Shown piece by piece: positions 47,933 through 59,430 of a DNA stretch of 64,000 nucleotides. The stretch is taken from NCBI GenBank assembly GCA_009103225.1, contig RHPI01003389.1, positions 310,001 to 374,000 on the forward strand, in the 5' to 3' direction. Every line of letters begins with the position of its first letter. The stretch's first letter is position 1. The notes under the pieces are model-generated. The model was not told where the DNA came from. It saw only the letters and a list, made by a program, of their open reading frames with translations, and did no database searches. The translations under genes were made by a program, and so were the position numbers. The stretch comes from Chlorokybus atmophyticus (lineage: Eukaryota; Plantae; Mesostigma and Chlorokybus algae).

Positions 47933-49494
47933 CTATTGTAGCCACCAGTTGTTGCCGTTGTGGCCTCCAATGTTGTTGCTGTTGTAGCCACCAGAGTTGT
48001 TGCCGTTGTAGCTGTTGATAGGTCTCAACTCAAGGAACTTGAGCCTGCAAACTGACTTCAAGTGACCCGTCTTGTGACAATAATTGCAGACCAGGGTTGA
48101 GTACTCTTCGGTGCACTCGTTGTGGTAGTGACCATGCCGTCCACAGCAATGACACAGCATAGGGGCAGGCAAAGTAGTATGAGCTGACCGTTTCCCTGTG
48201 TCGCGTGCTGATAGAGCGTCTCGGCCACGTTCGCAGCGAGGAGGCTCAGTAGTTGTGCTGGCTACATGCCGTGAGGCGCTACGGTTGGTGTCCACAATGG
48301 CCTTCTCGTACACCAAGCGCTTGTGGATAGCTTGTGCAGTCGCGAAAGCTTCCTTGAGTGTGTAGCTAAGGGGCTTGCTGTAGTTCAGGGTCGGGCGCGT
48401 CGACTCGCTTTGGGTGGCATCTAACTCATTAACATACACCACTGCAGCAGCCTCGTCACTAACGATCGTGTAGTCAATGTCCTTCAGCAGCCCTTCCTGT
48501 CTGGAGTACAGGCGCAGAGGGTCCTCGTTAAACTTGCGTCGAAACCGTCTCAGCTCCTCTACTTTGCTGGTGGTCTGAAGTGGGAAGGTACGAAGTGCAG
48601 CGTATAGATTCTTGAGTGGAGAGTTAAAGTTGGCAGCACCTACAGTGATGGCTGGTGCGCGCAGTGCAACTGTCCTAAGGGTAAAAGCACTGCCTCCCGC
48701 ACGAGAGCTATGTGTTGTCAAGGTAGAGGCGTGCCCACCTCAACGGCTGCAGCTCATTGTTCTGCAAAGATAGCAGTAGAACGGTCCAGGATCCGAGCCC
48801 GTTGTGCGACCACTTTGATCTCAACTTCTGCAGGGGTCAGGTTGACGATCACCAACTCAGGCTCCTCCTCTGCCCTCCCGATGGCTGCAGCTATGCACAC
48901 GCTAATGACTGCAGCTGGAGTGGCAGGTGGAGCGACGGCTGCTTCATTGTGCAATAATGCAGATGCTATGGTGCTGACGAGCTCGCCATAGCCAACAACT
49001 TGATGCAAATCAGCATCAGACTTCCAGACATCGTGTGCTTCACGGTTCAGATTTTGAGCAGCAATGTGGGAAGAAATTTCATCGAACCACTTTTTGTTCT
49101 TCAGAGCTTGCTGTCGCATCTTGGAATGGAACTTGATGATGATTTCGTCCAGCGAGGTGGTGCCAGCACGTCCGAAGAAGCGCAGGGTTGTGGTTGAGCT
49201 GGAAGACTCCATCTCGTAGTCATCGCTGTCGGACGATAGTGGGGAAGCTTGATGGCGAAGAGTGGACCGGACCAGAGTGAAGCCAGAGACAGAACGCGAG
49301 CCTCTGCTGATGCGATCGCTGCTCCCGTCGCTGGTCCGCGCGTAGGTGAGATTGGAGGTTGGGCTCCAGCTGCTGAGGTCGTTCTCGTCTATTGGAGAGA
49401 ACGGGGTGGGCTTGCTCATACAGCTAGTCCACAGGTGAAAGTGTATGTAGGGTAGAGTGTTGTGCTCTACCGTCTGTCTTGATGCTGCTACCAC
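47933..49494 (-). pseudogene. gag: Gag of element C with two CCHC zinc knuckles
   Basis: 'CHCCGRHGHYHNEC' and 'CNYCHKTGHLKSVC'; upstream capsid-like 'VEELRRFRRKFNEDPLRLYSR'; split over two ORFs. Confidence 0.8.
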
Positions 49495-50405
49495 TCACCA
49501 CACTAGTGCTTGTGTGCGCACTATGTGATGATAGTGACAATGCATGCACAGGGATGTAAGCTACAAATTGCGCTATCTGATGCAAAATGCGACGCACTCA
49601 CTTAAGCAAAGAGGGTGACACTGTGAGTAAACAAGCCACTACGATCGATAGTGCTGTATACACAGTTCTTTGCATGAGTGGATGATGTATTACACTGTTA
49701 AACGAGGTGAATGAACAAGCAACTCAGAGATGCTATGTTCTGACTGACGCAGCAAACACACCATCGCCAAGCTCAGCAATGACAATGCATAGCGCACAAG
49801 AGCATATACTGTGTCTCACGTGGTAAGGCAGTCCTTGGCAACCGGGACGGTGTGTTTCCAGTTCAAGTCGCTTCACAAGCTCTTAAAGTCAGAGTTTCTA
49901 CTCTTAGTACTCACTCACATTGTCACCAGCGAGTCTAGTGACATGACATCCTACTTATACATGTCAAATCATGACTGTGCAGTGCCACGCGAGCACTAGG
50001 CCAACGGTCACATCAAGGCCGTATGCTATTACGGAAATCCCCTAAAACTCGATTTAGCACCTGAGCTGATAATAGATTCCCAACTGATCAGCTACGCGCA
50101 GTTTCTACAGAGAGGTCTATAGAGTAGCCCTAGCTACATGCTACATGTAGTACGAAGTAGCTAGCAGTAGGCTGGGGCGCGCGCGGTCTTCATGCTGGTA
50201 GCCCGGGCGTGGGGCTGGATGTAAGCATGCTCGGGGAGAACTGGCATGCGAGGATATTTGGCATGACAAGGCAAACTTAAACATGCGGTGGCGCTAGGTG
50301 ACTTGCCCCAGGCTAGCCCTGGCAAGGGGATCATTGAACCAGCGCAAGGCCGGCAGCAACGGCTCAACCAGAATCCAGGGCTTATCACATAAAGCACAGA
50401 AGAGC

Positions 50406-50767
50406 TGCGCTCAGCACGCTCTCAGAAGGTGTGCAACAATGCAAGATGCAAGCACACCGCCAGGCACTAGTAGCAGTACAACACAAGCAGAATACTAGAA
50501 TGAGGACCAAGACAGAGCTTTACACTTACAATTGAAGCAAATTACCTTAGGACTAGCTAACACACTAGACCCTCTTGCAGGCAAGGCAGCGGCAGTCAAC
50601 GACGCAGAGGTATCACCTGCAGAGTGCAGTATAATGACGGAGCAGAGGGAGAGGTTAGCCCTAAGGTCTGCAAAGGGTGCAGCAAGCATAGACGACTGCA
50701 ACGCTGACGACGACAACTGCTTGGCCCCCGCTCAGGAGGTTGCGCCGCCAAGGGTGAACTATGGTCC
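50406..50767 (-). repeat. 362-bp dispersed direct repeat, copy 2 (candidate upstream pseudo-LTR of the PLE)
   Basis: Colinear with 26671-27032 from TGCGCTCAGCACGCTCTCAG to TATGGTCC. Confidence 0.85.
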
Positions 50768-51314
50768 CATGTTAACCACTTCATGCACTCGTGCAGGCTT
50801 TTAAATGCTTCATTGCGTGTCTTCGAGCCATCTCTGTTATGGTACTCTGGTCTTGACTGTCCTAGAGCCAGGTCAGAGCATGTTCATCAGAGGGTTTCAT
50901 GGGGCCATATGACATGAATACTGGTCTCACGCACCATTGCTTGGCGCAACCTTGGCATCAGCATGTGCGCGCCTAGCTGAAAGCAGACCTTTTCCTTATC
51001 ACTCAAACTGGCTCAAGGGCTGGGCTAAGAGCAGACACAACCATGCGGTTGCTAGCATCTTGCTGCACTAGTACATTCGTGTTGACGTTTGCTGCATAAC
51101 CAAGACCTTGACTGGAGTCACACGCACTGAGCACAACATGGGGTGGCGCCATCCTTGGCGATAAGCCCAACGGATGCAAGCTCACACATCCAGATCTAAA
51201 TTTGTGAGCTTGCTTGCTCTACATGAGACTCTCAGCTGGGTAAAGCATGCAGATTTGCTTCGTTGGTGATGTTATCAACCCACTCCACCACGTCACATGA
51301 AAGATGACACTTGC

Positions 51315-54036
51315 TCAAGACAACCCATATTGTCTCCTTAGTGCATCCTCCAGCTTCTCGTCAGCAGACAGGCTAGTCCTTTGCAACAAACCACTCGCCA
51401 GCTGGCGCACAACCACCGTGCTGTCCTCGTAGACTAGCGTTACGGAATGGTTGTCGCCTTGATTATACTTACTTCTATTGTCTGAAGGCGAAACTCTGCA
51501 TGCGGCAAGCCGAACTGGCTTGCCAACATCAGACACACGGCCCAAGTTCTCCGACAGCACCATTGGTGACAATCCATTGATATCGAGCAAACTGACGCAG
51601 TGTAGAGCGCCGTTGGCATCCGCTGCAAACCCGATATCAGCTCTGCTGGGCAGAAAGCAGGCACCGACGATAGCTTCGGACGATAGCGGCATGGTGAGCA
51701 GTGGTGTCGAGCTCTGCTGGGAAAATATCGACACCCTCCCGCTCTCATCGCCAACCAGGAAAATATCACTCAAAGCAGGACAGGTATCTATCGCGCGCAC
51801 TACTGCCAGGTATGGAGACTCACTGTGGACGTATTTTTTGTGTGTGTTTTTGGAGTCGTACTGCGCGACGCGGTAGCAAACACCAATATCCGTCCCAACC
51901 AAAGCGTGCCCCGCAGACGAGTCCGATATACGCATGGCACTGGCAGTTGGGCCGAGATCAGAACTGGAGCCGCCCACACCCCTTTTGAAAGCAGACACCG
52001 ATGACGTGTACATCAGACGCACGCGCGCACCATACCTCAAGCCCATATCCGCCTGTGCATTTGAACCCGAGACTGACTCCACCGACCACACGAGCAGCTT
52101 TCCTTCCACATCAAGCGAGGTGAGCCTATACCCGTGATCGCTTAGGGCGAGCCTATCACCGCGTCGCTGGGAGTCCACTCTCGTCGCACACACGCACACA
52201 ACTTTTGCTCTGTGGTTGCGGTCTGTATCGAAGTCGCTGGAGTATGTTGGCCTCCCATGGCCAACATCGGCGGGCTCTCTGATATCCCACACGCTCACAC
52301 TGCCCTCCTCCATGCCAGCAAAGGCGTAGTTGTCACATGCGCAGCAGCAAGAGGGCTCTCCCTCTGATATCAACACCGTCGGGGTTGACATCTGCGCCAG
52401 GTTGTAGACCAACAGACAGCCGTGCGATATCGCCTCTGTAAGTGTGCGCGAGTAGGCCACCAACAGCGTTTTTGAGTTTACATATGCCACATCGCGCACA
52501 ACACGCCCAAGAACGTGGAGAGTGTTGTTTGGAAGCTCCATGAAGCCTCCACTGCATATTGCCCCGGCAGAACTTGTACTTGACGTATAAGGTATACCCT
52601 GCATGAAGGCATGCTCAGCATAGAACCTGATGAGTTGAACAACCAACTGCTTGTTTGTTGTTGCAGTGTACATGCGCACGCGCACGCACGCATATGCTCG
52701 CACACATACGCATGCCCAGGCATATGCGCACGTTCACACACTCCCGTCACACAGGTGTGGGCGTACAGGCCATGCATGCACAATCCATGCATATCACACC
52801 TGTGGTTGTCTGCTAGCAAAAGTCGTTTCTAGGTTGGCAGCAGCTCGTTGGAGGAAAGCTGCCAGGCCGGATGGATATCGGCCGACCTCCTCCTTCCTCT
52901 TGATAATTGATGTTGCTGCAGCAGCAACTCCATTCGATATCGGCGGTCGCTTCATACCCGCTGTTGATATCGGCATTGCAACTGCACCAGTGTCGGCATC
53001 CGGACACTGCGCGTGCGTGCTGCGCGTATTGATATCGTCCGTTTGCACCTCAATCGTCCTGGCATCATCCTGTCCTGGGCAGACAAACAAGAAAGCATGC
53101 TGAGAGTCACATCACACATGTGTGCTGTTCAGTTCATGCCATCAGTGTATACGTGTGTTTGCGTTGAAGCCACGGCTGTGTTGGCGTACGGCCCGCGCCC
53201 ACTCTCGTAAAGCTCGCGCACGGTTGCGGGCGGCACGTCAATGAGGTCGCACCCAACCTCGCTCATGCTCACCATCTGCACATGCATGTTGGAGACCCTT
53301 CAGCCACACACGCTTACACTCACACAACGCACATGCACGCAAGCGCATGCATAAGCGCGACCGTGCGTTGTCACAGCCCTTGACTATTACCTCGCAGACC
53401 GCGCGCCAGCGCTCAAGACGTCTGGCGGCCACCGCGAGTTGCTCGGTTGTCATGATCGGGACCCTGTGCTTCGTCATTATCATCCGCCGCTCGCCAACCT
53501 GGTCAAGTTGCACACAATCGGTGCCACACCACCAGCATGGCAAGAAACTCCAGGCCAGATCACTTGCGCTGTTCATATCAACCCTCTTATTCATCCCTCC
53601 ATCCAATCAGGCATTCTTTCACCTTCGATCTCAATAGTCGCTCAATGTCCCATTCAAACTCTATATAAGCAACCACTCATATACAAAACTCCTTGTTGTT
53701 ACCGGTTGTAGAAATATTTGTCGCGGCTGCGAGTAGTTTTCTTTACGTTCCTCTGCTGATGTTGATGGCGCATTGCTCTGTTGCGCCTGCCATGCCAAAC
53801 ACGTCGTCAACACGTGCGCACCAACCAACAGACATGCACAAGTATTTTGATTACGTCTGACTCCAGCACCACACCTGCAGTGTGCCATTGACAACATCTT
53901 CCGCATCGTCCCCCTCCCCCTCCTTTCCCTCTTGCTCTTGCTCGAAGTCGTCGTCGTCGTAAAAGTCCTCATCGGCGTAGTCATCCTCCTCTTGCTGCTG
54001 CTCCTGCTCCTGCTCCTGGCGCTGCTTAGGGCCCAT
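51315..54036 (-). CDS. WDR60: WD40-repeat dynein-2 intermediate chain (WDR60/DYNC2I1/FAP163-like); about 6 exons
   Basis: Acidic N-terminus 'EEDDYADEDFYDDDDFE'; 'ARRLERWRAVCE'; 'LIDVPPATVRELYE...STQT'; 'QDDARTIEVQTD'. WD region 'AGMEEGSVSVWDIRE...RPTYSSD...H...LTSLDVEGKLLVWSV'. These match my recollection of WDR60 family features. Confidence 0.72.
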
Positions 54037-56880
54037 CTTCTGCAAGTCGCCGTCCACTGTGGGTCTCTAACGGCGACGATGCTGTGGAGACGGAGTGCAG
54101 CGACTACAGCCGCCTGGATGTAGTGGCCAATTGCACCGCCGCCGCCCACGGCGCCGCTTGGCAGGCGTTCGTTGAGGCGAGCGTGCTCATGTGAGCTGCT
54201 GCGCTTGATTGCTTTACCTCGACCACAGGCAGGTTAATCGACGTTGTTGTTGGCATGTTTGGCTTTTCGTTCGGTTTGTGTGCACTGTTTTCATCTAAAG
54301 CAGCTCAAAGCAGGCTGCTTTCTTGCTTTTCACGCTCTCTTTGGATGTATCTGTGCGCTTGAGCAGCAACAGCAACAGCAACAGCACAATTGCAACAACG
54401 AACACTACAACCACGCTTCTCCTACCCACCCTACCCTTACACCACTACCCAAGGGCCACGGCAATTGGGTACAAAAGGAAAAGCAACAACCATACAACTA
54501 TGTGCAGCAGCAGTGGGAGGGGTGGCAGTAGTTAATGATGATACTTGCAAGGGAGGGAGCACGTGGGTGTGTTGATTCTTATACGAAGGCAGAGAGGAAG
54601 AGAGGAGGCGNGATATCATGTGTGTGTCGTATTTTATGATGAAAGCATTACTCTTTACAATCCTTTTATTTTTGCAATTTGTCATTTATGAGAAACGGTT
54701 TTTTGTGCAATATAAAAGATTTGTCCCTTTGTATGTGATTGCCTATATTATCACTTTTTAGATCACTTGTGAAATCTCACATAACATTCCTCTGCAATGT
54801 GATCATTATTGCAATGTACTTTAACGTGATATGCAACTAACAAGCTTGCTCGAGCAATCACCTACAGACATCACTTGATACAAATAACTATAACTCTTGT
54901 GGGAATTGCTTTTTGAAAACCTCATTCATTGGAAAAAACTTTTTCATAATATTTAGCATCGTTTATGTTCAAAATTGTATTGCTCTGCATAACACCAAAC
55001 TTACTCATGCTTAATTGTATGTGATGCATATGGAGTCTACACCATGCCACTCTTTGAGAAGTGAGTTTACTGTATGTGTTTTACGACTATTAGCAATGCC
55101 GAAGTACGAACAAATACTCCACATTGGTAGAAATGCATACTCTACAATTTCAAAATAAGGGTAATTTTTACGTGGCCATAAGCGACGGGCCTGCATTTGC
55201 TGAGCCCTCAAGTGCATGCGTGTGTACATATCCAGGTACGCACGCGCGCACATAGGCTCACAAAGTATTTCTTTATGTTCCGTCTGCCAGTTATATGCAA
55301 GCAAAAGCCAAAAGTATCATTTCTCCTTTACGCGTTGCAAACATGGGGCAACAAGGAGCGCAGAAGCCATGTACCCTTACGATGGAGCCCGTTGTATGGA
55401 TGCAGCAGACACGTCTTGCAATGTTGAGTCTTAGCGTACTACACATAATACACATACGTGCGTCTCACGCCATTCCGGTCACACTTCCATCCAGGAAAGT
55501 GCATAGGATATGTAAAGTGCTGTTTTTGAACATGCAGAGGCATGCATAGGCATGCAACATGCACATCTAATCCTGGCAACACCACAGCATGGCTATACAA
55601 GGTTGTGCGCTCACATGATGTGGGACACACCATCAACACGTAGGTTTGCGTGCGACTATCGTACACAACCTTCTGCTTGGTCTTGACACTTATGTACACA
55701 TGGCTGCGTGCATGCATACTGATAATCCAGCAACAGAGTGCGCATAACCACTTTGATTAGGTATGTCCGAGCACCCCGTACACAAGCTGCAGGCTGCATC
55801 ATTGATTGGCATATGTTTGGGAGGCATGGTTGGCGACTTCCACATCATGTTGTGACATCTTTTGCCGGCTCGGTTGCATACACGTCAGCTCCTCGAGCGC
55901 AAGGGCTCTTACGGCACCGTTTGCCTTCTATGTTCGCTTCCTTGCGCAACCGGCCGCGTGCATGCAAGCGACGCTGCTGTGGGGGCATACACACACTCGC
56001 CTTTGTATTATGCAGCCACATCAGACTATAAACCTTACCGCCCAAGGGAGCAGCATTGGTGCTAGCAGACAACTTCGAAGCTGAGAGTATGTACATGCGT
56101 GGCCCTGACAATGGCATGACACACCGTCTCCTAACACACCATTGGCTGCCTTCTCATTAGAGTGGCTCATCATTGAAACGATTGCGTCGGCTACAACAAA
56201 TCAGCAACCTGTGTGCATATGCACTTGTCTGCCTGTCCCAGGTGACAGGTGCTGGTGCACAGCACATCGGATATGAAATATTGGTTATATAATACAAGAC
56301 TCTACCATCAACATTGTATATCACTCGGTGAACGGGCGGCCAGATTGACCGTTGCTAACCAAATGTTGTGATAATGTGCTTCGTTACGAGCGGCGCTGCA
56401 AGGATACAGAGCACTCAGCATCCTACCATGTGCCAATGATAGGTGTCACGTTATGCATAGACTCATTTGACTGTTCAGCAACAACACGCACCATCTGCAG
56501 TACATTACAGGTAGTATAGTACCATGCTATAACTGGTAAAAGCGCATCGCCTTTAGTAACAGCACCACAGCACATGTGTCAGGTTAAGATGCAAAGGTCA
56601 GACTCACCCACATAGGAGGCTGTACTGTTTGAGTGCAGCTAAGCCGCTGAACTTCAGCGGCTTATATACTGAACACACTTCACTTGAAGTAAAGTGTGTT
56701 CAATATGCGAAGTGTCCCATATCCTTCACATCTCTCACAGTGATAACAATGGCTTTGTTGGGGCGCATACAATGCAAGCCACATAGTACTCATCATAGTC
56801 ATCTTCATAGTCTGGAGTTCGATTTGTAGAGGTATGTACGGTCGCAATGGATTAGATTCCATGTAGGTCAGCAACACTTT

Positions 56881-57487
56881 TCAAGCTTGGGTGGCATTAA
56901 AGTACTTTTTGTGAGAGGCAGACCAGTCGGCCTTTTTACAGTGCTGGTTGAAATAGAAGACAGTCTGGCATGCTGCGCATGTAGAGAACTTTTGTTTTTG
57001 GCGTCTCGGCCTTGCCGTATGACGTGCATGCCTTGATAGTCTGCTTTCTGAGTGATTTAAGCTTGATATTAATCTTTTCATTGTCCGCCAACGACGCTAG
57101 GATGACAGACGTGCTCCCAGTGTCGTCTTCACGTATACCCTCTATCATGTCCAAAAAGTGCTTTCCGATGGCTTTAAAGGTGACAACCGTGTTGCCAATA
57201 TTGAACTGTTTGGTAATATCTGCCATTTTGCCTTGCTCGGGTCCAACATTGTCCAGCTACCATGCTACAACAATGTTGTTGCCGTCTTTGCGATCTTTCA
57301 CTATGGTGCGATAGAAGTCAAATGATGTTGTGCTGGTTTCGACGATCTCGCCAAAGAAAGCCCATTTGTCTCCAAAGTCCATATGGAAACCCTTTCATTC
57401 ATGTGCGAGCATATCAAAGGGGAAAGTGATGTCTATGTGGCGGGACTTGACTTGGGATGCAGGGGGCTGGTTGGTGCTGGCAGACAT
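56881..57487 (-). pseudogene. Intronless MYND-type zinc-finger gene remnant
   Basis: A continuous frame with two in-frame stops and a frameshift: 'KWAFFGEIV...IVKD...F.IGNTV...KHFLDMIEGIR' then 'ACTSYGK...STCAACQTVFYFNQHCKKADWSASHKK' (MYND with several Cys ligands lost). Confidence 0.75.
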
Positions 57488-59430
57488 GGCGCAAGAATGT
57501 TGATCAAGTCCGTCAATCAATGAGTGGTAAGAAAATGGTGTGCTGAAGCAGTCTCACATATTGCTGGGGTTGCAAAACCCAGGAGTAGGTTCCTGGGTTA
57601 TGTACAGGAATCAACATGACCTTGATGTGGACCTTGCAAGTGTGACCATAGCATATTGTATAACAACCCAAGCAATTGTGTTACCAGCATGGACACGAAG
57701 ATGGCTTGCCCTTTTGAGCTTGAGACGAGCCTCAACTTCTATGTGCAGACCTTCAGCGTGTCACTGTCCAGCTGCAACCAAACGACCGTTCACTACACTT
57801 CAAGCAAATCGCAGTCTCAACCCAAACAGCATGTTCGCGCTCCAGCACAAGGGTAACCACAACTGTACTGCAGAGCGATGCACGCAACAGCCACGTTGCG
57901 CTGTGAATGCAAGATGGGCACTACATCATTTGCGCTTATGAACAGCCTTGATGATGGTGCAACACTTGGCAGCTAGCAAGAATGCGTCATTGCAAGCGAG
58001 CATCCACAGCATCATACAGCAAGCGTCTTGCTGTACGTGCTGTAGACTTACACTGGGCAACACAAGTTGTACTTGACAACAACCAACACAAGCAATGCTT
58101 GACGAACCAGAGCTTCAGCAGCACAGCTTACATCAACACCGCATGTTGCCAGGCGTATGGGGCCAATTTCATCTTCGCAGCACCACTTGCTAGCAACCAT
58201 CTAGAGCCTGAGTCAATCACCAGCACACCAAGCTCAGCTCCACACACACACGACTCACTTGGCGTGCCGTGCTGTTCGGCTGCGCATGTTGCATGTCCGG
58301 AAGATATGCATGCGTGCAATTAGCCTACGCCGTCAACGGACTTGCATGCAATCCTACATTGATGCTAGCTAGGAGCACATTGACCAGTTAGTTCAGAAGC
58401 TTGCTTACAGAAGCAGCTGCCGCACCTGTAGCAAGCAAGCAGTAACCAAAGCACCGCAGCGCAGCTCACCAAAGCACCTGCAGCCCTGTGAGCCGCCTGG
58501 GCTGCACCCTTGCCAACGACCACCTTGCCTGGACTCTCTCTCGCCGTCGAGGGAGCCGCTCCCGTAACCAACCCTCTCTCGCTGTCCCTTCCCTAAAAGC
58601 CAGCAGCTCACACGCCAAGGCTTGAGGCAACACCCTTTGACAACTTCACCAAGGGTGAGGAGGAAAGCCTTGCCGCCACGTTCTCCTCTCTTCACTTCCC
58701 CCTCCACCTCTGCCGCCGCTGGCCCCGCAAGCGTCTGTGTTGCGCACTGCGCTATGAAAACATACTTCTGCTCTGTGCCCGGCAAGCTTGGTGGCATTGG
58801 GCAGCCAAAAAATGACCTCGTCAAAGAAAAACAGGGGGAGGGGGAAAAGGAGAACCAACATAGGGGAGGGGGAACAGGGAAGAACCATGAGTATAATCGT
58901 GTTCAACACCAACACTTGTCAGCGTTGGTTGATTTCTTGCAGCTGCTGTTAAAAGTTACTTCACTTACTAGCCTAGCTTACTCCTTCATGGCTGTGGTTT
59001 GAGCATGGTGCTCATTCGCTGCAACTTTTGCATGCACCCCAGAATCGCCTGCGAGCCACTTGCAATGGATCCACAAAACGGCTGAAGCAATGCGCATTGC
59101 AAAGTTGAGCATCCGACCTCCACAAGCAGCCAATTTGCTCTGCATCAATGTCGATATGCTTGCATGGCAGCTGTGCATGTTGTTCGCACACACCCTGCAT
59201 CACAGTGCAGTACACGCTGACCTCTGCAAGCACACAAATAATCTTCCGACCGACCACAAGCAACAATCTGTCACATGTCAAATCCTGAAGTGAAGGGTCT
59301 GCAAAGTGTACTGTACAGCTGGAAGGCAAGTAGGCGAGAGCGCGAACAGGTGACCCAACAACCAGCGCCTGCCTTAAGATATTGAGAGCAGCGAAAAGCT
59401 GTCGTCAATCACAGATGCCCATTGCAACTG

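Larger units (their letters stand above)
39890..49500 (-). mobile_element. Element C: decayed Ty3/gypsy retrotransposon, Gag-PR-DNMT-RT-RH-IN-PHD; LTRs not identified
   Basis: All domains lie on the minus strand in Ty3/gypsy order (RT-RH before IN). G-rich PPT-like tract at ~39900-39908. Many stops and frameshifts. Boundaries are approximate. Confidence 0.9.

Noticed and set aside
54600-56600. AT-rich stretch and short Cys/His-rich minus-strand ORFs, possibly a transposase relic
   Set aside because: No recognisable catalytic motif, TIR or TSD.
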